DNA of 64,000 nt from Vicugna vicugna (taxonomy: Eukaryota), in the NCBI GenBank assembly GCA_013265495.1, contig MU057560.1:320753-384752 (forward strand), given 5' to 3'. Each line of letters starts with the position of its first letter. The first letter of the stretch is position 1. The translations under genes and the position numbers were made by a program. Shown one piece after another: positions 12,416 through 26,270 of this stretch. The notes below the pieces were generated by a model. That model did not search any database. It was not told the origin of the DNA and saw only the letters and a list, made by a program, of their open reading frames with translations.

Positions 12416-14609
12416 ACCACGCGTGCCTGTGGTCATTTGGGTAGCCATACCTGAAACCACCAAGTATTAAACGGCCCCCGAGCAGCCCGCACCGCACCAT
12501 GGACAGAATGCGCGGGGATCCACTTCAGTGCCGAGAGCCCCGGACTGGTCGTCCCAGTGAACACAGAAGAGACGAAAGAAAGACGTGGATGAAGACATGG
12601 CGGGCAGATGCCCGCAGGAGCCACTCGCAGAGGACGGACACAAAGCCAGGCAGCATCCTTAAGCGGAGCTCTTTTCATGTGGACTCTTGGAAGTCTGGCA
12701 TCTCAGGATGGGTGGGTGGGACAAAACACCAAGTAAGCGAAGCCAGGGTCGGGACTGAGGCAGAGGAGACGGGTGAGAAGCAGGGAGGAGCGGCCTCTCG
12801 GGGAAAGGTCCCGGGATCTGGGTTCAGTCCTGACACTGATGTGAACTCGCTGCGTGACTTTGGGCAAGAAACATAAACTCTCTGGCCTCATTTCCTGTAA
12901 CTAAGAAATGAGGAATGGTGGGGTCCCCAGGTCCCCTTTGTGCCTCTGATTTGAACAGAAGGCCTTAAGGAAGGGACATGGGATAAGAGTTGCAGTCCTT
13001 TTTGTCTGGAATATGGTTTCCGGCTTTTCTAAGACAACTGGCTTGTCTTCCAGGATTCAATCACAGCTGGAGCAAAATCATGCCTTCCTCCAAAAACGTA
13101 ATATAGAGTAGGAGCTATTTCATTTTTCAGAGATCAATGTTAAGAAACTTACACTATTTTGCATTGTCTTAAAGTTCCTAAGGGCTAGACATTACCATCC
13201 CTTAGCGACGCAGAAAGCAAGAAAGATTGAGTTTCCAAATGAGTGGAGAGCAGAGGGCTAGGGTCCCGCCCCGGTCCCTGACTCCGCAGTCAGCGTTTTC
13301 TGTCTTCTACAGGGCGGCACTGCTGTCATGTAGTAAATTACCAAACACAACCATCCCTGTCGTTTTTGTTTTGTTTGTTTGTTTGTTTGTTTGTCTGTCT
13401 GTTTTTAAATCCTGAAATCAGCCCAGCGCAAGTCGGGGAGATTTGGAACTCTCTCAGGGAGCCCGCCCAGCAAGTGGGAGAGTCCGGTCCCTCTCCCGCC
13501 AACCTCCTCAGTTCCCCACATGGCAGGCACCTGCCGCCGGGCTCCCTCTGGGTGAGGACAAGACCTGGGAGAACCGGGCCTGTGCAGCCGACACGCAGGG
13601 TGGGGAATGAGGCGGAGGAGGCAGAGAGGGGAGGCCCCTGCAGGAGGAGTCCCGGGATCTGGGTTTTGTCCTGACACGGATGCAAACTGGCTGCATGACT
13701 CTGGGCATGAAAAACAACCCTACTCTTCAATTAATCCCTGCTCGCCAATTCTAGAGAGTAGAGGCTGCCCGACCGAGCAGACCCCGCTCTCTCCCTGGAC
13801 CTCGGTGTCTGGGCCTGAAAGGGCAGAGCATGGCATGATCTTGCGTGACTATTGCGAGGGTGACGTGAGACTGACATCACAGAGTGCTCAGCGTCAGAAC
13901 GGAACGACAGCTGACGGGGGTCGAGCACCTTGCACTTGCCTTGCGGGTCCCAGCTCTCTGCCCTGGAGGTGACACAGGACTCACAGTGTCGGTGAGCGAC
14001 CTCGGGACTCAGCTGCCTCTGCGCCACTTTGAATCCCACCCGTGAGACTGGTGCCAGTCACTTGAATCTGCAGCCTCCGGACTTTTCGGATCACGCAGCT
14101 CAGATAGTAGAACAAAAAATAGAAAAAAAAAAAAAAAAAAAAAGCATGCTCCCATTCCTCACGTGTAAACGTACTCACCCTTCCTTCTCTGTGTGTGCTC
14201 TGTCAGGCTGTCCATGAACATCAGCACAGCTCCATCTGTGTTTCAGTGCACCCAGGAAAGCAAACAGCGCAGAGGTCCTGTTCTTTATGGCCGCACCACG
14301 GGTGGAGAGCTCGCGTGTCATCCTGAAATCCACCCGGCGGCCAGTGAGGAAACCCACCTGACCACGAACGTGTGTACCTCAGCCTCGTGTTGCTTCTGCC
14401 CATCTTCACCTTTAAATGTGATATAAAAGGTCATTTCTTCCTGTTAAATGACTATAAGGATACTAACCAGAGATGCTGATGGGGAGAAAAATCAGAGTAA
14501 ATGTAAAGAGGTGTGAAAAGTCATAACTCTTAACTTGCCTTCAAAACGGAGCCATTGCTAAGCCAGCACTGACCGAAGGCGCTGAGCTGCATGCAGGATG
14601 AGTGCTCAG

Positions 14610-14790
14610 GGCAAGCATGTGTTAGGTGTCTGTGGTATCTGGGTCCCGTGCTCAGCTGTTTTCATACAGTCATTCACTTAATTCTCACAACGACCGTGGG
14701 AAGTAGGTGCTCCTAGCCTGTGAGGCAGGTGCACTGAGCCCCACTTTACAGATGATAGAACCGAGGCAGAGCGAGACATGGTTAAGCAAG
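14610..14790 (-). mobile_element. MIR SINE fragment
   Basis: cattcacttaattctcacaacgaccgtgggaagtaggt...ccccactttacagatgatagaaccgaggcagag is the reversed MIR core. Confidence 0.65.
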
Positions 14791-15404
14791 GAAGAGGAAG
14801 GCTTCATTCTGGATAATAACCTTGACTGGGGTGAGGACGTGGATGAATGACAAATACTCTCCTCAAATTCTGCAGAGGCTGAACACAATGTAAATAACCT
14901 GCAAGTACGCTGAGTTATAATTGGCCTCAGAAATGCAGCCGCATGGCTCTCCACGTGGAGGCCGACAGGAACGCCGCGTCTGTGGCTGTTGGGTCAACGT
15001 GTGGCGCCTCCTGACCCCTCAGGGTCTCAGCCGTGCACGTGGCGAAGCAGAGAGAGTGACCCTTCTTTTTAGTCGGTCTTTCATAGATGCTTGACTTCCA
15101 GATCGCACGCCTTCAGGGCAGCGAAAGTCCCCTTCACCTCCCAAAGGAGGCCATTTAAAATCCCAAGTGGTGAATGATTGTCTGCTGAGGACTGTGCTGT
15201 AGCCAGGACGTGGACAAGGACAGAACCCAAGAAAAATATTCAATCTCGAGGATACCTGTTTAAACGCATCATCTCACTGAGGAGAAAAGACTTGAACACA
15301 TGTAATAATTAGAGAGTGGGCCCTTAACCGGGCTTTAAAATCAGTGCTCAGAGGGAAATCACTGCGGGAATCCCACCCGCGTGGCCCTTCCTGGTCTTGG
15401 CCAC

Positions 15405-15590
15405 CCTGCGCTTTGGTGTCGGGCGCAAGCTGTCCGAACCTCACCTCGGCCCTTACTGTATGTGACGCTGGGAGACTCTGTGTGGCCTCCGTTTCCTGTC
15501 TCTGAATTGAGGTAATGAATGTGCTCCCATCGAAGGGATGTTGTAAGGACTGAGGAAGAAGAAATACCAAAGCACGGTGCTTTGTCCACA
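15405..15590 (+). mobile_element. MIR SINE
   Basis: ctgtatgtgacgctggg...ggcctccgtttcctgtctctgaattgaggtaat...gggatgttgtaaggactgagg. Confidence 0.6.
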
Positions 15591-18244
15591 AGTGGTTTCC
15601 TGCCACTGGCCCGGCCCCCCTTTCTCTGCTCATGTCTAGCTACCCGCTTGCTCCAACACCTGGCGCACAGGCGCAAGGCCACGGGAGTGAGCGAGGCCTT
15701 CCGATGCCCAGCTGGCACCAGCTGGAGCAGAGATGCGACCCTTCGCTCAGCCGTGTCCCCATCATCAGTGTGTGAGCAGGACACATGGCTGCTATTTAAG
15801 CCAGGGTAGTCTATGGAGCTTTCTGCTCTTATCGACCCCTTGGAATTAGACTATTCAGTGAGACGGTGGGATAGATATTTGTGAATGGGGCGAGCGACAC
15901 TTAATAGGGCACCAGTATCCGAGCACCTGGAGGGTCAGGTGAAGTGACCCACACGAGCCCTGGCAGCGTGGAGGCCGCGCACAGGGTTAGTGAGCGCGAG
16001 CAGAGCTGCTAAGGCTGGCTCCGAGGAGGCACTGACTGCGGCAGGCCACGCAGCCCCAAACCTCAAAGGACGTTCACCTGCTTCTGGGATCACATGTGAC
16101 ATCTTTCCATGCTGGTGACATGGGAGGTCTGAGAATTAAGGTCAGAGGAAGATCAGCTCCGAATGCGTGGCCCGCCCTCCCCAGTTCTCAGAGGGTTTTC
16201 CTTTTAATCAATTTGCTGGAAACTTACATACAATGTTACAAGAAAAGTGGTACACGGTTATAATTTTAAAAATTAGTAACTACAGCAGAGAAACATGAAG
16301 GAAAAAACCAAAGAGCCAAGAAAAAACAAGGTGGCGCCCGCTGGCAGTGACCTGAGCGGGACTTTTCTCGTGCTGGCGGGCAGGAAAACATTTTCAAAGC
16401 CGCATTTGCCACTTACCTTTCCACAGCCCGGGTCTGGTTGAGTCTGGCCTAATTTCTTTGAAAGACCGGGGGCCGAGGGGCCTGTACTAATTTCTATAGC
16501 TGCCCTACATTTGGTATTTCCCCTTTCACATAACCGTTGTCTGCTTTGAATACCAAACCAGACATAAACTTGAAAGAATTAAAATCATTTTATCAATAAT
16601 TGGAATGCAGTCTTGTGACCATGAATAACTTTCCGTGCATCTTCTGTGGGATGAGTCCCTCTTTGGATGGATTAATTTTCCACTATCCTTACTACCACTT
16701 TTCATAACCTAGAGGAGTTCAGAAGTTAAATAAACTAATTAAATGAGGGGCTTGGGCGCCCTGCGCGCCAACAGCAAGCCTAAACCTCTAAACGCACTGT
16801 AAGAATCGCAGGGAGGCTGTGTCAGGAGAAGGCCTGGGAAGGCCCCTGTCAGGCCCCCAGATGGGCGTCTCCGGGGGTGTGGGCGCCTCTAGCAGAGGAC
16901 ACTGGGATGAGCAGGGTGTGTCATACGGGGCAGAGGAGTCGGGTCACCCTTGCGTAGTAGTCAAGGAGCCCCTTGGAGTGACAGCGAAGGTCAGGATGAT
17001 GCTTTGTGGTCTTGTGAACAGGAGAGCCGGAAGCCAGAAGGTTCCAACGAGTGTGACTGAGGACAGGACCCAGATAGCTCTTTGTGTCTCTGGCCCCTGG
17101 TGTGCCCAGCAGCTAACCTTCCCACTGCTGGAGCCAGTGACGCTAAGAGCAAGGGTCCCTGGACAAGAGAATGCACTTCTCCAAGGCCACAAACAAGCCA
17201 CCCCTGGGAGCTTCCTAAAGCTTTCAGGAGGGAGAAGACAATTCTTGGGGACGCCTCCCAGCCACAGCAGGGATGATCACAGTAGACAAGCCTCCTCCAG
17301 AGTGTTCACTTGGTTAGTAAGTCTGAACTCAGATGGGCCAAATGGTCCACACAGGCCTCCGGACCAGAAGCTCGTGAAAATGTGTTTGGGGGATGGGTGA
17401 AGAAACCCACGCTCTTACAGTCACGTTGTACTGGGTTTGGTGATGTCTGGGGGTGATCCCCAAGTGGGCTGCGGACATGGAGCTGGGTGAAGGTTGGGTC
17501 AACAATGGAGCGTCTATGGGGCCACCTTCTTGGCCTCCAGCCAGCAGACTGTCCCTGGTTTCCAAGGCTCTCCTGCTTCAGGGACCCTTCAGAGAGTGCC
17601 CCGTTCTCTAGCAGGAAGGCTAGAGCCATGGAGCCTCCCCACCTTGGACAAGGGCAGGGGGCACTGACGTGCCTGTTGCTGGTCACCTTCTGCATCCTTC
17701 TCCATCACCATCTGGAATTTAGAGCTGCCCAATCTTTTGGGGATGAATGTGAAGTTAAAGTTAATTATAATGAAATATAACTCATTGAAATAAAAAAAAA
17801 ACTGGCATCTCCTGGAGTGTTGACCATGTGCTATTTGCTGAAGAGTAAAAGCACCTGTTATGACCTGTGCACTTTGATTCTGAGTCCACATAGGGTTTTT
17901 GAAGTGTATTTCAGAAGTTCACCAATACATAATGTATCTAGAGAAGCTGTGGGGGAGTTTTGTTTTCATTTTTGTTTTCTGCGCAGTCACAGAGTCACAA
18001 AGAACAAACCAAGATGAGTGTGTGGAGCTGTATGTCAGAGGGAAGATGTTCTGGCTCCACGAAGCTGAAGACAAGAGTTGACCCACGTGTTGATCTAAAG
18101 ATTCTGTCGGAAGCTGCATATGGTGTGATTTCTGTCCCGGAGATGGGCGGGTGAGTGACAGAGGTATTATGTATCTTGTTGTCCTTGGGTCTGGGAGGCG
18201 AACTCACATTCCTGAAGTGGTCACATAGGGTCGCAAGGCCCATA

Positions 18245-18410
18245 GACTTTTATTTACTTCTCACTGCTATCCTGTAAGGAGGCAACTCTCTGCAAGGAAG
18301 ATGCTTATAAATGAGAAAGCTGAGGCTCAGGAAGGTGAAGAAATGTGCCCACACTACTTAGGTAGAAATCAGGAGAGCTAGGATTTGATCCCAGGTCAAG
18401 TGTAGCTGAA
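18245..18410 (-). mobile_element. MIR SINE fragment
   Basis: ataaatgagaaagctgaggctcaggaaggtgaagaaatgtgccc...gagctaggatttgatcccaggtc. Confidence 0.65.
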
Positions 18411-19211
18411 CAGTGTCCTTCTGTCTCATTTTCTGGACCGACGGGTAAAACTGAGTGTGTTTTCTACCATCGTGTTTGAAATGCAGCTGCTTCTGCTATA
18501 CCATGGTTTGTCTCACTGAAAAAATCTCTTGTTTAAACTGCAAAGTAAAAATAACAGGGTTTGTATGGCTGGTGGCGTCCCCACACTGCGCGCCCGTGAG
18601 ACTTCAAAGTACCAAAAACAAACAAACAAACAAATTAAAAAAACTATTCCAGCAAAAACACACACGCAATTATGCCTCCCCTGGGATGGTCACTGGGCAG
18701 CACGGTCAGTGGGCCCTTTTCAATGCTGAGGGTTGATTGAGCATTTTTTTGAGACGTCCATCCTTAAGCACATTGGCTCTAACACAGCCTGGCTTCAGCA
18801 AAATTAAACCTCGGTTCTCAATGCAGTCTTCTTTCTCCATCATTTTTTTTTTCAAACAATGTGTGAAATGTGTTTGCAGCTTTACTAGAGAGCTTAACAA
18901 CATGGAAAATGGAGCCGTCAACCACGTGCCGTTTTCACCAAGGGAAGACAGCTCTAGGGGATTCTGAGTCTGTTTCTCAGTCTTCACGTATTGCTAAGGC
19001 TTTTTCTCTAGCCGTCAGTCTGCCCCGCCCCGCTGCACCACCAAAACATTGATCGTGTGTGAACCACAGGCGGTTTCCATTCATGCTGGTATCATCTGTC
19101 TCTTTACCAGTTAATTACAAGCTAATGCACAGCACAGAGACCCGCGACGTCTCAGTACAGGGTGTGTGTTGTTGTACTGATCTGCTTGAACATTTTTCCT
19201 CTCCTACTAGA

Positions 19212-19518
19212 CCCACGCTGCGCTGGACGTGGTGGCCACTCCCCACCCGGAGCACTTCGGTGCGGAGGACTCAAGTTGAGACGTGCTATTAAGTGTAAAA
19301 TACACATCACATTTTAAAGATTCCGTATGCAAAAATAATGTGAAATATCTTTGATAGCTTTCACGGGGAAATCACATCAATGTGTGGGACCTATTAGGTT
19401 CCATAAAATGCATCGTCAAGGTTACTGGACTTGCTTTTTAATTTTTATTGGAGGTGCTGGTGGTACATTTAAAACTGCATGCGTAGCTTGCCTCTCAGTT
19501 CTGCTGGAGGGTGCGGGG
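19212..19518 (-). mobile_element. hAT-Charlie MITE, MER33-like
   Basis: gttgagacgtgctattaagtgtaaaatacacatcacattttaaagattccgtatgcaaaaataatgtgaaatatct matches reversed MER33; the length of about 300 bp fits. Confidence 0.7.
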
Positions 19519-20324
19519 CCTGATCCCAAGTTTATGGGGAGCAGGGACTACGATTTATTGATTTCACAGCGATGCAGCCAGCACACTGCCTGGCACAAGG
19601 CTGGGCCATAAACATCTGTCTTAGGCAAGAGAATGAGGTGTGTCTAACTCAAAGCTCATGTTCCTTCCACTGCTCCGGCGGCCCCAGAAGGAAAGAGCAG
19701 GCTGGGCCTGGGCCGAACAAAGCAAAGCCAGGGGCCGGCCAGAGGGCTGATTTACGGTGCCCATGCGGTCAGCCTCCTGGCGTGAGGGGCAGAGCGGACG
19801 TGGACAGGAAGTGTCCGTAAGGCAGAAGACCTCTAGCACGTGAGCCCCACCTTGGACATTTTTGGAGAGGGATTCCTCAGTCTCACGCATTCCCTATTTT
19901 CAATCATTCAGCCAAAATTCGCTTACCAAGCACCTATGATGAACCCTCCATCATGTTGTCTGGACTCACCCTCGTGCTGAGGTCTCTGACGGTTTAGCAA
20001 GAGGCTCAAACTATCGGACAGAAAACAACAGAAAATGCCACGGGAGGCAGCCCGTCGGTTCCTGGCGGAACTGTGGGCTCTGAATTTTAGCTTTTCTGCG
20101 TAGTAGCCACGTGACTTGGGGAACCTGTCCTTTTCTTACGGAGCTGCTGTTTTCCTGTCTGCAAATTATTTTTAAAACGGAATTTGTGCAATATTTCCCT
20201 GGGGTTAAATGAGGTTCCTATTTGCATGTGAAAGTGCCTGGCAGAGAAGAAGATAAAGCCTGACACGGGAGAAGATACTTAATCAATGAAAGTAGCATCG
20301 GATTAGAGACAGCTTGACAAAATG

Positions 20325-20535
20325 GGAAGAGAACGGGTCTTGTAGTCAAAGCCATTTGGCTTCAAATTCTCGCTCTGCCATTCGGCCAGCTGGTTAACCT
20401 TTCTAAACTTCAATTTCTTCCCCTGTAGTATTGCAATCATGTCCCTTACCTTGCTATTTTTAGGAATAAATTAAATAAAGCCTGAAAACCCTTAGTACAG
20501 AGCCTGGTGTCTAGGAGAGATTCAATAAGTAGTGA
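20325..20535 (+). mobile_element. MIR SINE
   Basis: ttcaaattctcgctctgccatt...ttaacctttctaaacttcaatttcttcccctgta...cttagtacagagcctggtgtctagg...ttcaataagtagt. Confidence 0.65.
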
Positions 20536-22449
20536 TTTTGAAACCATCTTTCTTCCTAATTCTCAGCGAGACATCTGGTTTCTAGTTTTAGATTTGTCAC
20601 TTAGCTAAGACTCATACTTTCAGTAAGTCACTTTACTAAAAAGACTTAACATTTCATGGTAATAATATGGGCCTCACTTGAATTAGAAAGGGATTATAAA
20701 TAAAAACTTCAGTGACTGCTCACGAAAGTCCTTTGAGAACTTTACAACGGGTAGAGATGCAGCAGCTGCTGGGATGTTGGGTTACCCTGGTCACAATGAT
20801 AGAGCATTTAATGCTGAAATTTATTTATCATAATCATTTATGCTACTGGTTCCTAACTGGGTCATTGAACTCTTAGCACCAATGCAAAAATGTAGCAACA
20901 CTAAATCTCGGAAAGATAAAAAAAAAAAAAGACACAAACCAAATACTTTATTTAATAATGGTATTTGTTTGGTAGAAAAAACCCATTTCAAAATACGATC
21001 TCTGTGGGGTGAAGAAAGGATTCATATTTTTGGAACTTCAGGTCTTGCAACTCCTCTTATTTTTAAACAGTTACTAAAGAGAGGGAAGCTATTTGCTCAA
21101 TTACACATACACGTGGCTGATACCGAGGTGGGGCAGGAGTCCGGGTCTCCCCTGCCCAGGCCACCGCTCCTCCCTCGTGCCCTACGGAGTGCCATGGGAG
21201 GTTGTCACGGACAACTGTCCCCTTTGACTTCTGCTGCATTTGCTGACAAGACACCTTCAAGTGTCACACACACAGCTGTGATTTTATACACTTGTTACTC
21301 TGCTAACTTGACCTTGACTCTCATCAGAGTAAGAAACACCACCAAATGGAAACGGTATACCAAAGAAGAAAGGGTGTCCTCTGTGTGCCTAGATCATGAG
21401 GAGGCCCAGAGGGGCATTCATGAAGTGGGGTGGGGAGAATGTAAGGAAAATAAACTGAGCAGGAAATACTGGGGGAGAGGAACTGGAGGTGTATTTGTAG
21501 TATAAATTGAGCAACGGTGGCACAGTCCTGGTCAACACCACAGCCTGAATTCAGTGTCGGCCTAGTGGCAACTCTGACTCTCCTGATCTGCAAACTGCAT
21601 TTAATAGTCACAAAATTAAGCACGCTTCCAGGAGAAATGGAAAATGGTATTTTATCACCTTTGCTAATGCTTTGACTTGTGGAAAAATTTATTGAAGAAG
21701 ACTGATCTCTTTCTATGTGCACCCATGGTTATTTCAACGACTGTATGGAAACACCCATCTGCCGTCTGTCCATCATTTTGTGTGTTAATTCAAGAGACAT
21801 TACCAGAAAACGGCATCTATGCAGAACTTTCCGATGAAGTCATTAAGTGATAGGACATAGAATTAGATTATCTTAATCAAACCACAGTACTGTCTAGCAA
21901 TATGAATATGAGCAAGTTACCTAACATTTGCATCTCATGATAATTGTCCCTACATTGGCTGAGGGCTGGGCTGCAAGGATTTTTTTTTTTTTTTTTGGCT
22001 CTGGCCATATTATGGTCAACATGAGTTATGATGCATCCTTCAAGTATAAAAACAACTAGACATTGGATCAAACATGCTTTTAAATATATTGTTGGGCTTG
22101 AAGGAAATAAAAAGGAATAATTTCAAAGGTTTCCCTCCCCCTGGGGAAAAAAAATGAACCTAAGATAAATGTAGGCCCTCTTTAGGAAGAAAAAGCATTG
22201 AGCAAAATGGGAACAAGCTGTACTGAATGCAAATGCCAGGATCAGAACTTCGGTTGTTATCAGAATATTGAGCCAGTAGGTAGACATGTTGAACTTGGGA
22301 TTCTTACATTGAGTCTGGGACCTGAGAAGCAGGTTAAAGTGATTCTAGGAAGCAGAACCTTCTGGTGCAAAAATTCATTTGTGGAAGAAGGCATTTTCAA
22401 CTTAAGCCATTCAGATTTCTGAAGATTTCATTCCATCAAATACAAATTT

Positions 22450-24720
22450 ATAATCAGAGATCCCCAAACACACAAAGAAACTAGAAGTAGTCATTGAGAG
22501 TCAGCCCATACTAGTTTTAGATCACAGAGATGACAGGTGTTGAAATTATAAGATATAGAATACAAAATATTTATGTATGAAATGTCTAAAAATAATAAAA
22601 GACAGTCATAAATGCAAACAAACAAGAGACTACTCTCAATTATGAAAAAAAAGAGCTTCAATCTCCAGCCACCGTGACATAACTGTTACTTCCGCGGTAA
22701 GCAACTATAAAACTGGGAAAATATATATGTGAGGCAACTATTTTTGGATTTTGGGGAACAAGCATCACAGGAATGTGATCTTTAAGGGTGAAGAAGCACA
22801 AAAAGTGAGCCTGAAACTCACACTGGCTTTTTGCCTGGAAGTACTTACCTGATCGTGGCAGAGGAAGGAGAGCCCCTCTGGAGCAGAATAGTGTTAATAA
22901 GCTAACAAGGCAAGTCTGGGGCTAGAAGGTGAAGAGACGGGGACTGGAGAGGAAGGAACCTTTAGGGTCGGGCAGAAGTCTTTATGGTGTTTCTCTGTGT
23001 AAAGGAGGTAATCAAGATCAATCAAAAAAAAAAAAAGACAGAGAGAAAATACAAATGAAATTACAAGACAGCACTAGAGACTCTACAAAATTTAAAGGAC
23101 AATAAGGGAATATTATAAACAAATACATAATATTAATCCAAAAATGAAGAGAAACAAATTTCCTAAAAACCATGATTTATTAAAAGTGACAAAAGAAGAA
23201 ACTAAAAATCTAAAAACTAAAAATTCTTGTGTCTGTTACAGAAATATAACACAAAATCAAAAGCATTCAAGGCACTTGAAAACTCAGTAAGTAGATGGTT
23301 TCTTTAGTAATTCTTTCAAACAGTTAAGAAGAAATAATAAATTCTGATACAAACTCATAGAATAACACAGATAAGCACTTTTTAATATGCTTTAAGACAA
23401 TATTATAACAACTCAGAACCAAAATCTGTCAAAAGCTTCAAAGGAAATCTAGAGACTAATATTCTTTATGAAATACACCAAAAAACCTTTAAAATAGCAA
23501 ATCAAATCCAGCATTAAAGTAAAAATATAATACATCTTAGACAAAATTATTTATTATAGGAATCAAGGTTGATTTAATATTAGTAAGCCAATTAAAGCAA
23601 TTCTCCACAAAGGAGAAAAAATATGAATATATAAACAGACAAAAACATCTGACAAAATTCAACACTCATTCATTATTTAAAAAAAAAAGTCTTAGAAAAT
23701 AAAGAATAGAGAGGGAATTCCACAGTGTGATAAAGGACTTTTGCAAAAAAACCTATAGCTAATATTATATTTGTGTAATTATTGACATGGCTTCCTTATA
23801 TCTGCAACAATCCAAGTATTTTCTCTTCCGTATCTTCCATACACCATTTTACAAGAGGTGCTGGCCAGCTCAAAAAGGTAAGAAAAATATATCAATAACA
23901 AAAAGTGAGAAAGATCATAAACTCTTATTTATTCACAGACAATGTGATTATTTACATAGAAAAAGCCATGGAAGCTACAAAACCCTACAGAACTAATGAT
24001 TGACTTTTAAAAGCTCACATTATACAAGGTCAATATAAAGAAATCAACTGTCTATACCAGCAAAAACCAATAGGAAAGTAAAATTTTAAAATACCATTTA
24101 TAATAGCATGAAAGGGACAGAAAGTTAATTCAAAGAAATAACGGATGAAAACTTTTCTAACTTAGGGAAAAAAGCAGACATCCAGATCCAGGAAACCTAA
24201 AAAATACCAAAAACAAAGATGAATCTAAAGAGATCTACACTGAGACACATTGTAATTTAATTGTCAAAAGGTAAAGATAAGGAGAGAACCTTAAAAGCAG
24301 CATGACAGAATCAACTTGATATGTAGAAAGGAACCCCCATAAGACTATCAGTGGATTTTTCAGCAAAAAACTCACAGGCCAGAAAGAAGTGGAATGATAT
24401 ATGAAGAGTACTGAAAGAAAGAAAGAAAAAAAACCTGCCAATCAAAAATAATGTATCCAGCAAAGTTGTCCTTCAGAAATGAAGGAGAGAGAGAGTTCCA
24501 GACAAAAGCTTAAGTTCATCACCTCTAGACAGATGTTACAAGAAGTGTTAACAGGAGTTCTTCAAGCTGAAAGGAAAGGGTGCTAATTACTAACATGAAA
24601 ACAGGAGAGTATAAAACTCACTGGTAAAGGTAACCGTGTAGTTATACTCAGAACATTCTAATATTGTAGTGGTGGGTGTTTTACCTGGTATGAAGCTTAG
24701 AAGAGAAAAGTTTTAAGACT
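22450..24720 (+). mobile_element. Mosaic of old L1 fragments (degraded ORF2 about 23.0-24.1 kb, then an ORF1 3' part about 24.1-24.7 kb)
   Basis: A-rich sequence with L1 ORF2 motifs (ctgacaaaattcaacactcattcat; acagacaatgtgattatttacatagaaaa; tacaaggtcaatata) and ORF1 motifs (gacatccagatccaggaa; ccccataagactatcagtggatttttcagc; tatccagcaaagttgtccttcagaaatgaaggaga). Confidence 0.8.
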
Positions 24721-26270
24721 ATGTTCGTTGGCCTTACTGAGGAGCGATGGAATTAACGCACCTGAGGGAGTTCAGGGTCTGCCTATGGACTTTTTCAGTT
24801 AAGGTTAAGGTTTCCTCTCCGCAGAAAACCCCACGGGGATTAGCGCGAGGAGGGTACAGCCGTTTGTGGTTTCAAAGTTGAATCACGTTCAGATTCCCTG
24901 TCAAACACCCCAAGGATCCCATTGTGTCCACAACTCTTTCTCTTAAGTGTGCTCAGTGAGACACCGGTCCCGGGACGTGCTGCGGGGAAAGAGGAAGGTG
25001 CTGAAGGAGAACAAGTGTGGGTCGCTGCTTTTGCCTCTCCGGGAGGACTCCCGCTGCAGATGGCTAGTACTTTCCCAGAATCGGGTTACAAGCCGCAAAC
25101 GGCAGCTCCCCAGAGGTGAGACGCCTCAGAACCACTGGAAGCTAAAGTACACGATGAACATTGAAGTAAAAGGTATTTATACATACAAAGTATTCCCCAG
25201 ATTATTTTTTTAAAACATGAATCCATGAAGATAAATATATTAGTCTTACAGCCAGAGAAGATTTAGGCGTTGATATGCAGAGATAACCTTTGAGCATCAA
25301 ATTTCTCCAACTGTGAGACACTCATGTAAAATTCTTACTACTGCCAGCGACACAGCATTGTAAACGGCAAGAACTAAAATGCTGTCTCCACACTAGTGTG
25401 AGACAGAGGAACAGGAAATAATTTACTCATGTTTAAAGGAGATAAAAATAGAAAATGCTACCCTAGGAATTATACTTCTGTAGAATTTTCATTGAAGTAA
25501 TTATGTAATTGCTTATCTACAATGAAACCAAATGAGAGAAAAATTTAAACTACTTTAAGAGAAGATAAATATTGCTTTTTTCTAGATCAATAGAGATATT
25601 GCTAAATAGCAATTAGAAAAATGGTACCTTACATCCTCTGGAGATAAAATAAGATGCAACCATTTAAATAATACATTTTCAAAATGAGCACTTATAAAAA
25701 CACAAGTCTGTAATCTTATCAAGTCTCCATTTGAGATACTGTATAATCATTTAAATAACAGCAATAAAATTAAACAGGAAAAATCAAAATGATTTTACAG
25801 GAAATATAAAATAAATTTTTTGCTCTGCCTCCAGATTATCTTGTGGACCTGTTAACAAGAATAAAAATACTATAACTATACTTCCTAAAAAAAGACTAAA
25901 TAAATGCGACAATTAACTCAGGAGTCACACTTAAATAATCTATAGTTATAAACCACTGTCTAATGACTATCATCCTATCAAGTTTCTAAGGGCCATTGTA
26001 TAATCACTTAATAGAAATAAAACTGAAAGAAAAAAATCAGATTTATTCAGTAGAGGGGAAAAAAACTTCACCTTCATTTTGGATCCTCAGGATTAGGTTC
26101 CTTGGAATGAGGGACCAAACTGAAGATGATTCACCTGTTTCCAGGATGTGACCAGTGCTGGATGTAGAGACATTTCATCTGATCAGTGGCAGGTGTGCTG
26201 AGCCAAGCAGTTCCTCAGTGGGGGGCATACCTGCAGAGGTAAGCCCTTGCTTTATGGAATGGGGGGGTAG

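Noticed and set aside
11598..12500. ORFs up to 192 aa, including His/Thr- and Cys/Val-rich ones
   Set aside because: They arise from GC-rich sequence and the TG tract; no recognisable domain or exon structure.
16819..17400. 193-aa ORF on +
   Set aside because: No recognisable homology, non-ATG start and overlapping open frames typical of GC-rich non-coding DNA.
20840..21505. Longest listed ORF (221 aa)
   Set aside because: Crosses a poly(A) run and compositionally unrelated segments, and has no protein family features.
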